Below, piece after piece: positions 17,296-25,489 of a stretch of DNA of 32,000 nt (the first letter of the stretch is position 1; each line of letters opens with the position of its first letter). Origin of the DNA: Clostridium amylolyticum (GTDB lineage: Bacteria > Bacillota > Clostridia > Clostridiales > Clostridiaceae); assembly GCF_900142075.1 (NCBI RefSeq), contig NZ_FQZO01000004.1:150868-182867 (forward strand), given 5' to 3'. The translations under genes and the position numbers were made by a program. The notes under the pieces were generated by a model. That model worked only from the letters and a program-made list of their open reading frames with translations. It ran no database searches and was not told the DNA's origin.

Positions 17296-19962
17296 CTACT
17301 TTTTCTGAGGTTTCACTGTGGCCTTAATTATCTCCTCCATTTGCTGCTTTGAAGCTTGAGGTATTGTATCTCCGAGATAATTCTTATTAATTTCCTGCAT
17401 CTTCTGATTTTCCTGCCTTATCCTCTCATTGGTTTCTTCAATCTCAACCTTCAATTCTCTGGCGGATAATAACAAGCATCCTTGCCCCCGAACGATTATT
17501 TGCTGCAAACCATCTGAGGTTGCTACAGATATATTATATTTTTTATTATTGTCATAGGCAAACCTTTCAATGTACTGGTCTGCTGTTTGTGCCTCTCTGG
17601 TATATACCAGGTGAATATTATGATAATCCATTGTACCTTCACCATGCCCCTGAACACGATAGGCATCAAACACAAGGATAATTTTACATTTTCGAACACC
17701 TTGATAATTACTCAAGATATCCATCAATTTCATTCTGGCACCTTCCATATTTTCATCTGCAAGCTCTTTCAATTCTGGCCATGCATGGATAATGTTATAA
17801 CCATCCACAAGAAGATACTCTTCTTTCATTGTTCTTTCTACGCTGGTATTCACTTGGTTAACAGGTTTATAATAGCTTTCACCTGCTGTTTTATGTGTTT
17901 TCCAGACAGATTTCTTTCCCTGATTTGTATAGAAGGTTTTATTGATAATCTCATCAATCTCTTCAGTACTAATAAAGCGTTCTTCCGTATATACTCCTTG
18001 ATTTTTGGATGTTTCTTCCCATAAATCTTCTTTTTCCTGAAAATAGCTTTCTAAATGCATATATTCCTTCACTTCGTCCCATTCAACAATAAAACCTGCA
18101 CCTTGTGCGCAAAATACTGAACTAGTGGGATTGTTAGTGTCTCTATCCGGATCATATCCTATGCTCTCTATGAGCTCATGATCATTATGGCAGGGTTCAT
18201 AGCCTTTTAGACTACAAAACAACCTACCCTTACCTTTGGTATAGGCAACTACCTCTTTCTGATAATTCCTCATGCCGCTTACAGGGGCCTTCCCCACAAG
18301 AACTGCCATTTCACCATCAGAATGAGATATTTCGCAAGTTCCATTGATTTTGTCTATATCGGTCATAGCTCTTCCTACCATTTTCTCAGGCAATTCCAGT
18401 TGGAAAGAATAGTATGGCTCCAATAAAACGGATTGTGCCTCCATTAAGCCCTGGCGCACCGCACGCCAGGTTGCCTCTCTGAAGTCGCCACCTTCGGTAT
18501 GCTTATGGTGTGCTTTACCAGAGACTAAAGTAATTCTCATATCCGTAATCTCTGAACCTGTTAAAACTCCTTTATGAGTCTTTTCCTCAAGATGATGTAA
18601 AACAAGCCTTTGCCAACTCTTACCAAGGATATCCTCACTGCATTTGCTTTCAAACACCAGACCACTTCCTGGTTCCCCTGGCTCCAATAGAAGGTGTACC
18701 TCTGCATAATGCCGCAACGGTTCGAAATGCCCTACTCCCTCAACAATATTAGCAATTGTTTCTTTATATACAATGCCTCCCGTATCTAAGGCCACCTTAA
18801 TGCCAAAACGGTTTTCTATTAGACTCTGTAAAATTTCAATTTGAACTTCTCCCATTATACGAACCTGAATTTCCTGTAGCTGTTCATCCCAAACAATATG
18901 AAGCTCTGGCTCCTCTTCTTCAATCTGACGCAGCTTTGGAAGCATGGCTCTTGGATCACAGCCTTCTGGAAGTATCATCTGGTAGGAAAGTACAGGCTCA
19001 AGAATGGAAGTATATGAAGCTTTCTCTATACCCAAGCCTTCTCCAGGTCTAGCCTTGCTGATTCCTGCCACTGCACACACGGAGCCTGCTCCTATCTCAT
19101 TCACTGCTTCAAACTTCTCTCCTGAATAGATGCGAATCTGATTTACCTTCCCTTCCCAGTGATCATTGGTTAAAATATCCTTTACCTTCAGCTTTCCACC
19201 TGTAACCTTCAGGTGTGTAAGGCGATTTCCCTGATCATCTCTTGTTATTTTAAATACTTTAGCTCCAAATACATCGGGATAGGAAGGTATGGTTACATAA
19301 TGGGCAATACAATGCATCAACTCATCAATACCTTCCAATTTTAAGGCTGACCCAAAAATGCACGGAAATACCCTTCTCTCCTTAACAGCTTTTTTTATTT
19401 CAAGGGTTTCAATATGTCCTGTTTCCAGAAAGGTTTCCAGCATGCTTTCATGGCACATAGCCAGTTGCTCATAAAAACTCTCTGTTTTCACCTGCCCAAA
19501 TTCAATACATCCATCACTGAACTGCTTTTTCAGTTCTTTCATTAAATTGTCCTTATCCGTTCCACTCTGATCCATCTTATTCACAAATATAAAAACAGGA
19601 ATGTTATAAAGGTCTAAGAGTCGCCATAAGGTCTTTGTATGACCTTGCACTCCATCTGCGCCACTGATAACCAAAATGGCATAATCCAGTACCTTCAGTG
19701 TCCTCTCCATTTCAGCTGAAAAATCCACATGCCCCGGGGTATCCAACAAAGTAATCTGAATTCCACCGGTTTCAAATACAGCCTGCTTTGAGAAAATCGT
19801 AATGCCTCTTGCCTTCTCCAGCTGGTAGGTATCTAAATATGCATCCTTATTATCAACCCTTCCCAGTTTTCCAATTTTACCACTCATATAAAGCAAACCC
19901 TCTGATAAGGTCGTCTTGCCCGCATCAACATGTGCCAATATCCCAATTACTACTTTCTTCAT
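17296..19962 (-). CDS. Fusion protein: Tet(M)/Tet(O)/EF-G-like translational GTPase (aa 1-~640) + YacP/Rae1-type NYN endoribonuclease domain (aa ~714-835)
   Basis: One uninterrupted 888-codon ORF.
- GTPase motifs: G1 AHVDAGKT (aa 10-17), G2 RGITI, G3 DTPGH (74-78), G4 NKMD (128-131).
- The rest of the N-terminal part is colinear with Tet(M) through SLKGYEP (~aa 585-590).
- The C-terminal segment EEYLLVDGYNIIHAWPELKEL...KIILVFDAY...TREAQTADQYIE...SVATSDGLQQIIVRGQGCLLLSARELKVEIEE aligns along its length with B. subtilis YacP (Rae1). Confidence 0.85.
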   Translation of the reverse strand: MKKVVIGILAHVDAGKTTLSEGLLYMSGKIGKLGRVDNKDAYLDTYQLEKARGITIFSKQAVFETGGIQITLLDTPGHVDFSAEMERTLKVLDYAILVISGADGVQGHTKTLWRLLDLYNIPVFIFVNKMDQSGTDKDNLMKELKKQFSDGCIEFGQVKTESFYEQLAMCHESMLETFLETGHIETLEIKKAVKERRVFPCIFGSALKLEGIDELMHCIAHYVTIPSYPDVFGAKVFKITRDDQGNRLTHLKVTGGKLKVKDILTNDHWEGKVNQIRIYSGEKFEAVNEIGAGSVCAVAGISKARPGEGLGIEKASYTSILEPVLSYQMILPEGCDPRAMLPKLRQIEEEEPELHIVWDEQLQEIQVRIMGEVQIEILQSLIENRFGIKVALDTGGIVYKETIANIVEGVGHFEPLRHYAEVHLLLEPGEPGSGLVFESKCSEDILGKSWQRLVLHHLEEKTHKGVLTGSEITDMRITLVSGKAHHKHTEGGDFREATWRAVRQGLMEAQSVLLEPYYSFQLELPEKMVGRAMTDIDKINGTCEISHSDGEMAVLVGKAPVSGMRNYQKEVVAYTKGKGRLFCSLKGYEPCHNDHELIESIGYDPDRDTNNPTSSVFCAQGAGFIVEWDEVKEYMHLESYFQEKEDLWEETSKNQGVYTEERFISTEEIDEIINKTFYTNQGKKSVWKTHKTAGESYYKPVNQVNTSVERTMKEEYLLVDGYNIIHAWPELKELADENMEGARMKLMDILSNYQGVRKCKIILVFDAYRVQGHGEGTMDYHNIHLVYTREAQTADQYIERFAYDNNKKYNISVATSDGLQQIIVRGQGCLLLSARELKVEIEETNERIRQENQKMQEINKNYLGDTIPQASKQQMEEIIKATVKPQKK

Positions 19963-20149
19963 CTTTATATCAAATCCTTTGTTTTTCTACTGCCTTGTAT
20001 GCCTATGCTCTAAATAATCTAAAAGTAAAATTATAGTTCTTCAAAACTACATTGCCTATATGTATTTAGCATTATATTGTCCAAAAGTATACCTGATTTA
20101 TTTATAATTCTAGTATAGCAAACATAACTATTAAATTTAAAGTTATATG

Positions 20150-20335
20150 CTAATATGTCTCCTCATTACATCTTTGTATTATATCTTTTATTTCTAATGT
20201 AGTGAATTTACTATCTCTTAATAAAACAATTTTTTGAAGCACTGGTATCTGTTCTTCAGAATACATTCTATATCCTCTAAATAAATCGACCTTTACAGGT
20301 TTTAATAATCCAATCTTATAATAGGCTTGTGTCAA
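20150..20335 (-). pseudogene. MerR-family regulator remnant (5'-truncated; wing and start of the dimerisation helix only)
   Basis: (T)QAYYKIGLLKPVKVDLFRGYRMYSEEQIPVLQKIVLLRDSKFTTLEIKDII matches the TLRYYDxIGLLxP...GYRxYxxxQLxxLxxIxxLRxxGFSLxEIK core. The N-terminal HTH helices are missing. The track start is a TTG with a stop 8 codons upstream in frame. The sequence upstream of 20336 is unrelated and ends the neighbouring higher-GC insert. Confidence 0.6.
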
Positions 20336-20371
20336 GCAATAGACTAAACTTTTTTAAACACCTTGCAAATA

Positions 20372-20410
20372 CGCCAAAAACCCAACAATAAACTGTTTAA
20401 TGTTGGGTTT
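20372..20410 (-). terminator. Rho-independent terminator after the PNPOx-like gene
   Basis: In the minus sense: AAACCCAACA-13 nt-TGTTGGGTTT followed by TTGGCG (T-run of 5 including the stem end). Confidence 0.65.
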
Positions 20411-20494
20411 CAGAAAACTAAGTTAGAAAATATTGATAATCAAGTAGTGGTGTTTTTTGGCTCTCAAGTTAGAAAGTGCTTATTCCTTACGGAT

Positions 20495-20971
20495 TTATTT
20501 CGCCGTTTTATTGATAAAGTCAATTTCATACTGACGTTCACCGTATTTTTTTTCGTTGTCAGTAATAATACCCTCTGTGAGGTTGATACGCAGAACGATT
20601 GAGTTCGGATTGTCTTCGTCACCAACTTCATCGAACCAGTTGAAGATTTTTTTAAATTTCGCTCTGATTTCCGCATTCTTCTCGTCCTTGACCCAACCTA
20701 GATTTTCAGCCGTGCCATGGAAAGCGTACCAATCTAACCCAGCCACGGAAACCTCGTTGTTCTTCTCAATTTCCAGCATTTTATTTTTTTGAGCGTCTGT
20801 AGAAACATAAAATACACCCTCTTCATAATAAGCGCAAACCATACGGACAGCAGGGCGGGGATTACCCTCAGTGTTTGGGGATAGTGATATTGTCGCAAGT
20901 GAAATAACTTCTTCTTTACCATTTCCACAACGTTCCTCCATAAGTTTCATGGCGTTTTCGTATTTGCTCAT
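20495..20971 (-). CDS. Pyridoxamine 5'-phosphate oxidase-like FMN-binding split-barrel family protein
   Basis: 158-aa ORF. Its pattern (...PRPAVRMVCAYYEEGVFYVSTDAQKNKMLEIEKNNEVSV...) is typical of the small PNPOx/general-stress-26-like family. SD AAGGAG is upstream. Its GC content is visibly higher than the surrounding sequence. Confidence 0.6.
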   Translation of the reverse strand: MSKYENAMKLMEERCGNGKEEVISLATISLSPNTEGNPRPAVRMVCAYYEEGVFYVSTDAQKNKMLEIEKNNEVSVAGLDWYAFHGTAENLGWVKDEKNAEIRAKFKKIFNWFDEVGDEDNPNSIVLRINLTEGIITDNEKKYGERQYEIDFINKTAK

Positions 20972-21047
20972 TTCAAATTTCTCCTTTTTTAAATTTATTT
21001 TTTCATGCTGTAACTATAACCAAACCACTTGAAACGCGGCTCAAAAT

Positions 21048-21665
21048 TTACAATTCAAGCTTTAGCCACAAAGCGGGACGGACGCCGCCTGTACATTTGC
21101 CATCGCTGATGTTGCCTTTCAATATATTGTTGCCTTGAATACCTATATTACCGTCAGTGCCAAAGATGTACACGGCTTTTACATTAACGCGGCCGGGCGA
21201 CCGAAGCCACCACCACCAAGCCCATTCTTTACCCAGAAGTTTTGCTATTCGCTTACTATTGTTTTCATCTTTTCTTTCAAACCAATATCTTTGATTTTTT
21301 CCTCGGTTTTGCAGTTTTGCACGGCTATCACCGAAATATTTGCACACTTCCTCAATGCTTAATAAAAATATACTGTCTTGCGTATCTGCTCCGCCATTTG
21401 AACCATACCACTGGTTGTCAGGATTTTTATTTAACACCGGAATTATTCTTGATTTATCAGTTTCGTTGAATTTATCATAAAATTCACCATTAAGATATTT
21501 TCTTAACGCGCAGTCAGCCCATGTTATATCTTTATAAGCATCATGGTAAGAACGTTGTTCTATAATATCTTCGGTTATAATTAAAGCCGTATTGTTTTGT
21601 ATGTCAAGCACACGCCAATTATAGACACTGAATGATAATGATGAGTGGATTTTAATATCTTCCAT
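21048..21665 (-). CDS. DUF6273 domain-containing protein
   Basis: The hallmark pattern is present: WRVLD...ALIITEDII...ITWADCALRKYLNGEFYDKF...IFLLSIEEV...WWWLRSPG...GVRPALWLKL. Confidence 0.75.
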   Translation of the reverse strand: MEDIKIHSSLSFSVYNWRVLDIQNNTALIITEDIIEQRSYHDAYKDITWADCALRKYLNGEFYDKFNETDKSRIIPVLNKNPDNQWYGSNGGADTQDSIFLLSIEEVCKYFGDSRAKLQNRGKNQRYWFERKDENNSKRIAKLLGKEWAWWWWLRSPGRVNVKAVYIFGTDGNIGIQGNNILKGNISDGKCTGGVRPALWLKLEL

Positions 21666-21719
21666 TTAACCACTTCTTTCTTTGTAATAGGTAATCTTCC
21701 TTCTCCTTCGAACTTATTC

Positions 21720-21980
21720 TTAACCCTTCTCCTTAGTCGGAAACAATAAATCAAGCTGTAAATCTTCCATTTTACCGCCTTTTTGTACAAAATTATAAAA
21801 ATTCAACGTTTTTTCAAACCCTTGTCCCACAACAGTTTCCGGCGATGTTCAATGTGGGGAATCCCAGTCATTATCATATTTATCGCTTGCGTTAACCCAT
21901 TCTTTTAATAAACGCCAATCCTGGAAATCCCATGTCCTCAACACATGTGCTACATATAACCCGACGTCAAAAGTTTGCAT
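21720..21980 (-). pseudogene. Hypothetical gene interrupted by an in-frame TGA (43 codons + 42 codons)
   Basis: The ATG at 21980 has SD GAGGAG 7 nt upstream. The product is MQTFDVGLYVAHVLRTWDFQDWRLLKEWVNASDKYDNDWDSPH, followed by TGA (21851-21849). The same frame then stays open for 42 more codons (TSPETVVGQGFEKTLNFYNFVQKGGKMEDLQLDLLFPTKEKG) to the TAA at 21722-21720. It is below the ORF-track size cut-off. Confidence 0.35.
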
Positions 21981-22000
21981 TAATTCACTCCTCATTTTTG

Positions 22001-22444
22001 TTACTGTACTTTACTGTATACCATAGGGATATATCGTATCTCGTTTGTTTTTTCTTCGGGAGCAATGTCGACAAAACCTAATCGGTGATACACCTCAACT
22101 GCATAAGGCGACGAATTCACTGTGATTTCTTTTGCGGTGCTGTTTTCTAATACAATCTGAAAGAGCTTTTTTCCTATTCCCTGTCTATGGTGCTTGCCAT
22201 CCACAAAGAATAGAGCGATATGGTTCCCCTTATTTCTCGTTGCAATTACTCCTAAAAGGGTTTCACTTTCATAAGCGCCATACATATTCAAGCTATCTAA
22301 AAAATCGTTATTATAGATTGTCGTGCGCTTGAAAGTCTCCACACCTTCCACGGAATAATCAGGCGCTTCAAACTGCATAAATACAGCCGAAACTAATTGA
22401 ATGGCGGTATCTCTTTGATTTCTATCTATCTTTTTAATTTCCAA
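22001..22444 (-). CDS. GNAT family N-acetyltransferase
   Basis: 147-aa ORF with acetyl-CoA binding motif A, HRQGIGKKLF. The TTG start has SD GGGAGG 7 nt upstream. Confidence 0.8.
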   Translation of the reverse strand: MEIKKIDRNQRDTAIQLVSAVFMQFEAPDYSVEGVETFKRTTIYNNDFLDSLNMYGAYESETLLGVIATRNKGNHIALFFVDGKHHRQGIGKKLFQIVLENSTAKEITVNSSPYAVEVYHRLGFVDIAPEEKTNEIRYIPMVYSKVQ

Positions 22445-22704
22445 TACAATACCTCCCTGCAGATGCAGATTAGATACTAGGCGCTGCTATTCATTTGTAA
22501 ACAGTACAATTAACAAAGTAATACCCATAAAAATCTTCTTCGTCCGTTATGTTTATGGTTTTATTTTAGTTTGGCTTTCACTCAAACACAAGGACATTGC
22601 CCATGTTGCGTTTTTGGGGAGTAAATTGTATGATTACTCTCATTACCGCCTGCAAGAGAAATTGGAATTTTGTCAGCTTAATATATTGCTTATTTTGAAA
22701 AGTA

Positions 22705-23295
22705 CTACTTTAACCGCTTCCTCATGACAAGCCCTTGTTCAGTCTCAAAAGACACATTAAATCCACTTTTTTTATACATCTCAAAATGGCCGCCAAAATC
22801 TGATGATTGATAATTAGATTCTTTGTATGGGTATGCCTCCACGAAGTCAAATCCATCCTGGACCGCATCCTTACACACACGCTCCAATAGCAGTGTGGCA
22901 ATGCCTTTTCTTTTCATCTCCGGCGCAATCACGAAACAAAATATGGATTTCACCTTTATGCCCGTGTTAGATTCCTCTAAAGGTACATAATCCATAAATC
23001 TTCGCCAACTAGCGCATTTCAAGCAATCTGATTTCGTATTTGCGTTGCACCATCCAACGACCGTATCACCACTATAAACAAGATAACCTTGAATGTTATT
23101 GCCTTTAACATATTGTAAGGCACATTCTCTTCTTTTTTCTACTGTTGAAAGATCTTTGCCCTCATAATCATCGTTACACCAACACACACAATAACATTTA
23201 TGCTCGTCCACATTGTTATCGTGTGGAGTAGTGTCAAAAAAATGCACGTAATCTTCTGCAAGCTTTGGTATTAACTTGCGTATCTCAATATCCAT
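22705..23295 (-). CDS. GNAT family N-acetyltransferase (Cys-rich N-terminal variant)
   Basis: 196-aa ORF with motif A, MKRKGIATLLLERV, and a CYCVCWC segment seen in one GNAT subfamily. Its GC content is higher than the flanks. Confidence 0.75.
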   Translation of the reverse strand: MDIEIRKLIPKLAEDYVHFFDTTPHDNNVDEHKCYCVCWCNDDYEGKDLSTVEKRRECALQYVKGNNIQGYLVYSGDTVVGWCNANTKSDCLKCASWRRFMDYVPLEESNTGIKVKSIFCFVIAPEMKRKGIATLLLERVCKDAVQDGFDFVEAYPYKESNYQSSDFGGHFEMYKKSGFNVSFETEQGLVMRKRLK

Positions 23296-23448
23296 TCATT
23301 TACCTCCAGTAATATAAATAATTTACAATTCAAATTCCTATTTTCCACTGTGCAAACAATTTTCTATCTCTTAATGCAACACTTCCCAACCAATATTCTG
23401 CTCTTCTTCTATTTTTTCGCTTCTTATATTTTCTGCGAACCCATTTAA

Positions 23449-23589
23449 CTAAGCAGCCATTGATATATCTAAGAACTCCATAAATCCTGCCATTAATCTA
23501 TGGTCAACATAATACCAGTGTATCACTATAATTGGTTTACCTTCACCAATTATCTCATAGTTAATTGATATATCTTTTACCTTACACTC
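23449..23589 (-). pseudogene. Alpha/beta-hydrolase N-terminal remnant
   Basis: A frame lacking a start codon reads (VEC)KVKDISINYEIIGEGKPIIVIHWYYVDHRLMAGFMEFLDISMAA*. This resembles the xINYExxGxGxPIxxxHGxxxDHRxM N-terminus of alpha/beta hydrolases, and the HG of the oxyanion motif is mutated to HW. The remnant is truncated after ~45 codons. Confidence 0.3.
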
Positions 23590-23593
23590 AACT

Positions 23594-24115
23594 CTATTTT
23601 AATAGTTCCCAATAAACTAAGCTGCAGTCTCGTTTAATTTCTTTCATTGCAACTTTTTCCAAAATCCTTATGGAAGGAGCATTATTTATAAGGCAATCTG
23701 CTTTAACGGCTCTAACCTTATCCTGGGAAAAAGCCCAGTCAATCATTGATTTTAATGCTTCAAAGCCATAGCCTTTCCCTTGTTCATCTTCAATAATCCC
23801 ATAACCAATCTCTACATCCCCATTTTCATCAGGTGTACCCTTAAATCCTATGTCACCAATTATTGTCTTGTTATCTTTTAAAACCATCATCCATCCTTCA
23901 AAACCAGTAGGTTGTCCATTTCTCTCAAAATCTTTGATGATAAATGGTAATACATCCATAGTATCCTGTCTTGGCCATTTACTATTTGTCTTTAGTCCTA
24001 ATTCTTCAACTTCCTTAACACTTCCACTAGCTAAAGCTTTAGCAATATTATAAGTAAAGGGGATTAATATTAGTCTTTCTGTATATATATTTTTTAATTC
24101 CATTTTTTCCTCCAT
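23594..24115 (-). CDS. GNAT family N-acetyltransferase (RimJ/RimL-like, Acetyltransf_3)
   Basis: 173-aa ORF: TERLILIPFT...IGDIGFKG...IGYGIIEDEQGKGYGFEALKSMIDWAF. Its AT-rich composition matches the host background. Confidence 0.8.
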   Translation of the reverse strand: MEEKMELKNIYTERLILIPFTYNIAKALASGSVKEVEELGLKTNSKWPRQDTMDVLPFIIKDFERNGQPTGFEGWMMVLKDNKTIIGDIGFKGTPDENGDVEIGYGIIEDEQGKGYGFEALKSMIDWAFSQDKVRAVKADCLINNAPSIRILEKVAMKEIKRDCSLVYWELLK

Positions 24116-24498
24116 AAATTACATTTATTAACGACTGTTTTAATTATTACACTCATTTGTGAAGATTACAAAGGAAAGATTAATTATAAAAATTCTTTCT
24201 TTACACTTTTTATAGAGCTTCAAACCTCTCCACGTCTTCCTCTATTATTATTAGTGAGCTTCTCCAAAAGTCTATTGAATGTAAATTTATATCCATTAAC
24301 TTTCCTAAATAAAAGTTATTCATCTTTCCTGTAGCCGCTAGCATTTTGTCAAGTTATAACTAAGTTTATGATACGACTTAACCACTACTTTTTCTTTTAA
24401 ACTATTCATATGAAGGGATTCGAGGAAAGTCTACGCTATTTATGCTACGGTTTAGCATCCCATATCCTAAACTCAAGTACTGGTAAAAACTAATCACA

Positions 24499-25356
24499 TT
24501 ATCTTTTCACTTCCATCTCATCTATACTTACATTAGGATTTTTATATCTCCCTTTTTTCTCTGTACCTTTTCCATATTGAATTGCCTTAACCGGGCAAAG
24601 ATGTAGACACGCCAAACACTGAGTACATTCCCTTCCCCACTTAGGATTTCCTTCAACCTTTATTGTATTACTGTTACACACCCTTTCACAAATACCACAA
24701 CCTATGCATCTATCATCAGCATAAAACTTTTTTGTATCGTTGGTACTTTTATTAAATAGAGGATTTATGATACCACTTAATACCTCGGGCATAAATCCCT
24801 TAACAACTTGAAAAACATCCCTTTTTCTCTCTTCTATAATTAAGTTTATATTTTTTAAAGCTTCTTCTGCCAATAAAAGTTTTTTTTCTTCGATGTCCTT
24901 TGAGTCCACATCCCCCATAATAATGTAATTATTAGGCATTACTACGGAAAACCCACTGTTCAAATTAAGATTCCTTTTTCTTAAAGAATTATCTAAAACC
25001 TTCATAGTATTTCCAATATTCTCACCACAGGTAGCTACAGAAAAAACATAATTATCCTTATAATTATCAAAACTCAATTTTTCTATAAAATTAAGCACCA
25101 TACTTGGTGGTGCCCAAGCATATACAGGATAAACAAAACCTATAGTTTCCCCATCTTTTAAAGTATACCTAAACGTTGGATCTTGAGCATCTTCAACGAT
25201 TTCTCCTGTCCCCCCTCCATCTTTTAACGCATACATAAACTCCGATTTCTTACTATTCATTTCCCTCGCTATAGAGATGAGCTTTTCCTCATTATACTTC
25301 CCAATACTTTTTGCCACCTGTAGAGAATTTCCTGTCCCTGAAAAATAAAATATCAT
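24499..25356 (-). CDS. EFR1-family flavodoxin-like protein with C-terminal 2x[4Fe-4S] ferredoxin domain
   Basis: N-terminal MIFYFSGTGNS flavodoxin P-loop-like motif. The C-terminus carries CIGCGICERVC and CTQCLACLHLCP cluster motifs. SD AGGTGAG is upstream. Confidence 0.8.
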   Translation of the reverse strand: MIFYFSGTGNSLQVAKSIGKYNEEKLISIAREMNSKKSEFMYALKDGGGTGEIVEDAQDPTFRYTLKDGETIGFVYPVYAWAPPSMVLNFIEKLSFDNYKDNYVFSVATCGENIGNTMKVLDNSLRKRNLNLNSGFSVVMPNNYIIMGDVDSKDIEEKKLLLAEEALKNINLIIEERKRDVFQVVKGFMPEVLSGIINPLFNKSTNDTKKFYADDRCIGCGICERVCNSNTIKVEGNPKWGRECTQCLACLHLCPVKAIQYGKGTEKKGRYKNPNVSIDEMEVKR

Positions 25357-25405
25357 ACTATCTCACCTATTTCCAATTATATTATTTTACTATTCTTAAT
25401 ATTGA

Positions 25406-25451
25406 TAAAAAATAGCTGTTTCAAATTTAATAATTTATTTTGAAACAGCTA
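25406..25451 (-). terminator. Rho-independent terminator after the PH-domain gene (bidirectional shape)
   Basis: Perfect 14-bp stem atagctgtttcaaa(25412-25425)/tttgaaacagctat(25438-25451), with a T-run in the minus sense. Confidence 0.8.
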
Positions 25452-25489
25452 TGATACTGACTAATGCATACTAAGCTAAAATACTTATA

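Noticed and set aside
20032-20073. 13-codon upstream ORF (MLNTYRQCSFEEL) in the 5' region of the Tet(M)-like fusion gene, considered as a tet(M)-style leader-peptide attenuator
   Set aside because: It has no SD in front of its ATG. I could find no terminator/antiterminator pair between it and the main start codon. It is too short and unsupported to call.
20150-20335. The 61-aa ORF taken at face value as an intact small MerR-like gene
   Set aside because: It begins at a TTG inside what aligns to the end of the MerR recognition helix/wing (..YYxxIGLL), so the DNA-binding HTH is missing. An in-frame stop lies 8 codons upstream. I therefore called it a truncated pseudogene.
20363-24053. Small ORFs in the accessory patch (20363-20602, 20464-20676, 20556-20792, 20734-20928, 21135-21362, 21242-21469, 21581-21790, 22132-22332, 23850-24053)
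   Set aside because: All overlap the PNPOx-like, DUF6273 or GNAT genes in other frames or strands. They show no motifs and have no SD.
24210-24344. 44-codon minus-strand ORF (MLAATGKMNNFYLGKLMDINLHSIDFWRSSLIIIEEDVERFEAL) in the 24.1-24.5 kb gap
   Set aside because: It has no SD and no recognisable family. It sits in a region full of other gene debris and is probably another remnant. I did not report it as a feature.
24418-24470. Plus-strand GAGGAAAGTCTACGCT...ACGG, resembling the universally conserved P4 GAGGAAAGUCC...ACGG segment of RNase P RNA
   Set aside because: Only ~90 nt of non-coding sequence is available before the EFR1 gene stop at 24499. None of the other conserved RNase P regions (the P4 3' strand ACAGAA-type, or P10-P12) is visible nearby. 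It is most likely a chance match or a tiny relic.
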